Shown in pieces: positions 61,101-64,000 of a stretch of 64,000 bases of DNA. The stretch comes from a virus. Each line of letters starts with the position of its first letter. The first letter of the stretch is position 1. The DNA lies in the IMG/VR virus record IMGVR_UViG_3300022562_000124, positions 15,699-79,698 of that record; one strand, given 5' to 3'. Both the position numbers and the translations under genes were made by a program. The notes beneath the pieces were generated by a model. It had not been told where the DNA came from. It saw nothing but the letters and a program-made list of their open reading frames with translations, and searched no databases.

Positions 61101-62562
61101 TTAGAAGGAAAGGATTGGTGACATAGTTACCAGACTCTTCGTATGTACGACGAGCAATTTCCTTACCAATAACATTGTAGACCGTTTGTCTATTCTGTTT
61201 GTATGGCTGACCTTCAGAAAATTCAGCAATGTATAGCCAATCGCTTCTGCTATCTGCTTCTGCCTTGGTTAGGACAGTAAGAACAGGCTTAAGCTCAAGT
61301 CTATTCGCACCCGGAGCAGTATAGTTTGGTGCACCAGTTGCATTATCTAGAAGAGACTGATCTTCATTGCTGTCAATGATATCTTCTTCTGTGGTAAAGC
61401 CGACAGAAAGCTGATCAGGAATATTATCATATTTTTTGACAATTACAAGCTGTTCTTCTACACGTGAGAAATATCCCTTTTGGTAGATAACGCCATTGCC
61501 TACTGTCATACCATAGGTATTGCCAATAGGGCTGTATTGTAGAGGCGCAACCGTGATGTTTGCTAGGTAGTTCTGTGCTGTAGCAGAGAAAATGTCAAGC
61601 TGTGCAATCTGTGCACTAGTTGATGTAACAGAAATGTGTGGAAGAACAGTATATCCAGTGCCCTTCTGTGTAACGGTGATATCTGTTACCTGACCAAGTG
61701 AGGAAACTTGCAATTCAGCAGATGCACCAGTACCAACGTGAGAAACGATTCTACCAATTGAAGAAGGCGCGGTGTTTGAAGTCTGAATATTTGTGTTGAC
61801 AGAGAATGTCCACTTGGAGTAGTCTTTAATCTTAAGGTCTTCAACCTTAGGAGCAATTCTCAAAACAAGTGCATCTTCTCTTACGGTATCAAGTACTTCG
61901 ATAATCTGTACGTTTGCGGTGCCATCAGAAACAAAGTCACCAGCGTAGAAATTATTTGCGAATAGGGTACCGCCTGTGGTATTCTGAACCGCAATAGCAG
62001 AAAGAATGACAACACGGTCATTTACGCTAAAGCCAGATGAACCATCATCGACAGTAATCTTTTCGATGACATTATCTGGATTAAATAGAGTTAGCTGTTC
62101 GTTATATGTAAACTTTGATTGGCCATCTGACTCAAGATCATTGATATCAAAGCCAGTGTTTAGGTAACGTACATATAGAGTGTTTAAATCTGGTGTGGTG
62201 GATTCGAAACCACTGTCAACAGCAATGATAGATGCCTCAAGAGGAATTCGAGTTTGCTGATTTCTGACACGATATCCTAGATATTGCTGTACGTCAACTG
62301 CCTGAGAGTCAGTCTGAATATCCTTAATCTTTACATATTGCAAGTCATTATGGAATGTGATATCACAACCATCAATGATAGTACCTTGCTTATAGATATT
62401 GTTTCCGAAACGTTCAATCTGTTTCTGAAGAATTGTCTGTAGCTGATTTAGCTCACGAGCCTGTACGGACACACCGGGACGAAACAGGACCTTATAGAAG
62501 TCCTTGTTTTCATTATAGTCGTCAAAGTATGGCGATACGCTCAAATCAGTTTGAATTGGCAT
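58132..62562 (-). CDS. DUF4815/VrlC-like large baseplate-associated structural protein
   Basis: PYFDDY...K.FY.VLFRPG..VQARELNQLQ, L.DNA.G..N..APGA.R, ARRTYEESGNY, YTM.EIG.LE.RI..LEYYTSL, RFK.GFFVD.F. Confidence 0.9.
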   Translation of the reverse strand: MPIQTDLSVSPYFDDYNENKDFYKVLFRPGVSVQARELNQLQTILQKQIERFGNNIYKQGTIIDGCDITFHNDLQYVKIKDIQTDSQAVDVQQYLGYRVRNQQTRIPLEASIIAVDSGFESTTPDLNTLYVRYLNTGFDINDLESDGQSKFTYNEQLTLFNPDNVIEKITVDDGSSGFSVNDRVVILSAIAVQNTTGGTLFANNFYAGDFVSDGTANVQIIEVLDTVREDALVLRIAPKVEDLKIKDYSKWTFSVNTNIQTSNTAPSSIGRIVSHVGTGASAELQVSSLGQVTDITVTQKGTGYTVLPHISVTSTSAQIAQLDIFSATAQNYLANITVAPLQYSPIGNTYGMTVGNGVIYQKGYFSRVEEQLVIVKKYDNIPDQLSVGFTTEEDIIDSNEDQSLLDNATGAPNYTAPGANRLELKPVLTVLTKAEADSRSDWLYIAEFSEGQPYKQNRQTVYNVIGKEIARRTYEESGNYVTNPFLLNTKSANTFNNEATKFNIVIDPGAGYINGNRVETLFNYEAAVDKGTDVQSIVNGNISMNYGNYVRVKQLAGNFIFKTGDKVDLYGTAGTWLTTNIGATPSAASLGTSMGQARIRSIVYESGVAGSPDCVYRLYLFDIKMNPGKNFSLVRSIFYDGTNKAIADAVLENGKAVVKDNTTSSLIFYSGSPAVVNASAISYIYRTVNSYDLTTGGTITFSVPSAGSEKFPYTGQLSSTQKKELIIVPLANTNASTDLSGAVTLSTTSDAFVASNPAASAFLSEIQAGDWINVAALGYVQIKSVANNSFATLTANSTFNATAQPFRLGFPANVPIPMDRDERTITNNESQNQLTIDLGTGLSGQVSTSVAFNVREENITPVAKTANRHRYVRMHIGTNPAGADGPWPIGVSDVFRLNKVYKGANNTFGTSGPDVVDVTQDFYIDHNQTEDYYGIAWLYKKPNAATILGTNDRLLVDFDYFTHSEGLKAPGGSGTYNINDGVALDSATTTVNTLEIPEVYGTRGNYYDLRDQFDLRPNANGTVVPSANPTVGVPLNPTDQTYAGFFSVNDKKFPAPDSELSATINYYQGRVDRVIIDESNQFRVIKGTPGSTEAPPAPENALTINLLQIPPYPSQPFSLSSETTKYIDTKVANEKYTTQRLNNYRISTPVDASQRIALQPRGYTMQEIGQLERRIADLEYYTSLTLTETLAQKRSIPGYDGADRFKFGFFVDGFEDYKYADISNPAYSATIVDGYLSPLVDELNIGMSTSGDNDPTLPFTDILFVGQSRATDGALTAETVNTYVQTIVSVVQSERNKNRSDSGNIYEEFYYTFSASAGPCEFYINSRDNWVGCEILQAASPEGPWSQVAASRDALAITSADVFTKQLGTLNNTKIEHQGSLERKSSPLGTTWGTWLEDQFKLFWTHNPDLGQYVKVRVYKGGRHGGFFGGQGKAGTFGYKLFYPTDTALNTVAPNVTTNYRLAYNGIVLDLNERLF

Positions 62563-62567
62563 TTAAG

Positions 62568-64000
62568 TTAAAACTCCAAAATTAATTTAACTGTCTCAGT
62601 TTGTCTCGGATTACGCGAAATTGGTGCCAGATTTTCGAGATAAAGTATTTCGCCGCTATCAGGAACAAGTTCACCGTTATATTTATATGAGGCGGTGAAG
62701 TATGCATTAGAGGTCGAGCCTCTTAGATTAATGGTGGCATTCTCTGGAATTGACAGACGATTTGTCACATTTGTTCCGAAAATATAATCGTTAGAAGAAC
62801 CAACATTGTCATGCATTGAATGGAAGATGAATGATGGAACCAAGGTGTCACTTGGATACACTACATCATTATCAATGACAACAGTTTCGTCTTCAATAAA
62901 TTCGTTTTCTGAAATCTGAGTGCCGACAAAAGTAGTTAGTTGATTAAAGCCATTAAACTCATCAGCGTCACGACCATTGACATAAATGTATGGGATGGTA
63001 TTTGCGACTGCCGCAGAACAGAATGAAGTCTCTCCCAACAGCGCCGCACTTAGTTCATACCCTGTCACAACAACATCAGTCAAAGTAACCGATACTGCAT
63101 CAGAGGAAATGACCTTACCGAATGGTATGCTTTCGATCAGATACATTGAACAATTAGATGCCTCGAATGGAGGAACGATATTGATTTCTAGCTGTGTATC
63201 ATCTATAATCATAGCTACATTAGCTAGCATGTTTGATACGCCATTTGTGATGATAACACGATCATCATTTCTAAATGTTTCTGTGAATACAGTGTCTGTA
63301 CCAACAACTAGAGAGTTTGCTGAAATGTTCACGTTACCAAATAGCTTGATTGGCTTATAACGGAATACGGTCTCACCCTTCAAGAATGAACCACGAATGT
63401 CATTGGTATCAAGCTTGATTGTCACGTTAGCAAATCTTGGGTCTCTTAGGACACCAACAGTGCGGAAGTCATTGTTCGCTGTCAATGGTTCGTTGTTGCC
63501 AATGAAGCTTGTGGAAATGCCAACGTAATGGCCGTACAATTCGTTTGCAGGATTTGAGCCATGACCACCTGTAGGAGACATAATTGCTCTTGTAACGGCT
63601 TCTGTAGAGACTGATACGGCATTTCCTGTTAGGATTGTAGTGTATACGCTTCTGTATCCAGCACCCGGAGCAAGAACTTCTACTTTAGAGATAGAGTTTC
63701 CTGTATTGGCAGATACGATTGCACGAGCAACACAGTTTGCTGTGCTTGAACCACCAACATCATAAACAAACACGTTAGGATAGATTTCGTAGCTATCACC
63801 CGGTCTGATGGTATTGTTGAATGGATTGTCCAGAACAACAATCTTCTTACCATTAGCAATATAATAATTAGTAATCAATCTATATTCATTGGTGCCAGCA
63901 CCAGTAGTCATCTTCATTAGACAGTTGTTATAAAAACCGTCAATAGATGAAGCAGAATAATCGAGACCAAGCTGTAGTGGATTAGCGCCGATAGCAATGT
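62568..64000 (-). CDS. gp8: Baseplate wedge protein gp8-like (5' truncated by window edge)
   Basis: P.GGHGS....EL, NDFR.VG.L.DP, C-terminal SGEILY.EN..PI.R...QTE..K.ILEF; frame open to window end. Confidence 0.85.
   Translation of the reverse strand, partial: IAIGANPLQLGLDYSASSIDGFYNNCLMKMTTGAGTNEYRLITNYYIANGKKIVVLDNPFNNTIRPGDSYEIYPNVFVYDVGGSSTANCVARAIVSANTGNSISKVEVLAPGAGYRSVYTTILTGNAVSVSTEAVTRAIMSPTGGHGSNPANELYGHYVGISTSFIGNNEPLTANNDFRTVGVLRDPRFANVTIKLDTNDIRGSFLKGETVFRYKPIKLFGNVNISANSLVVGTDTVFTETFRNDDRVIITNGVSNMLANVAMIIDDTQLEINIVPPFEASNCSMYLIESIPFGKVISSDAVSVTLTDVVVTGYELSAALLGETSFCSAAVANTIPYIYVNGRDADEFNGFNQLTTFVGTQISENEFIEDETVVIDNDVVYPSDTLVPSFIFHSMHDNVGSSNDYIFGTNVTNRLSIPENATINLRGSTSNAYFTASYKYNGELVPDSGEILYLENLAPISRNPRQTETVKLILEF

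Noticed and set aside
1-64000. tRNA/rRNA genes, integrase, alternative genetic code
   Set aside because: Intergenic gaps are too short and no cloverleaf was recognised; long ORFs are intact under the standard code, and TAA, TAG and TGA all serve as stops

Overview
A 64-kb segment of the late (virion morphogenesis) region of a large T4-like myovirus, almost entirely on the minus strand. In transcription order (right to left) it holds baseplate genes (gp8-like, and a DUF4815/VrlC-like protein split into two genes), a ~44-kb accessory island, then the core block gp13-[GNAT]-gp14-gp15-gp16-gp17-gp18-gp19-gp20-gp67-core proteins-gp21. T4-type late promoters (TATAAATA) precede most operons. The island contains two paralogous four-gene fibre cassettes (beta-helix protein, small adaptor, GYTGS collagen-like fibre, Gly-rich tip), six tandem RCC1 beta-propeller genes, and many modification enzymes: ADP-heptose synthesis hldE/hldD, GT9-like and GT-A transferases, a 1584-aa six-domain glycosyltransferase, two sulfotransferases, a carbamoyltransferase and a methyltransferase. 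The most notable candidate system is a heme oxygenase (biliverdin producer) in the late fibre operon, together with putative virion proteins carrying five plus one helical repeats with phycobiliprotein-like RD-x14-GD spacing but Thr/Ala at the chromophore-Cys position. This suggests a bilin-decorated virion. Other highlights are a GNAT with a T4 internal-protein-like capsid-targeting N-terminus, a consensus sigma70 promoter antisense to the heme oxygenase, and a T4-style hairpin occluding an RBS. All family assignments come from motif recognition by eye, not from database searches.
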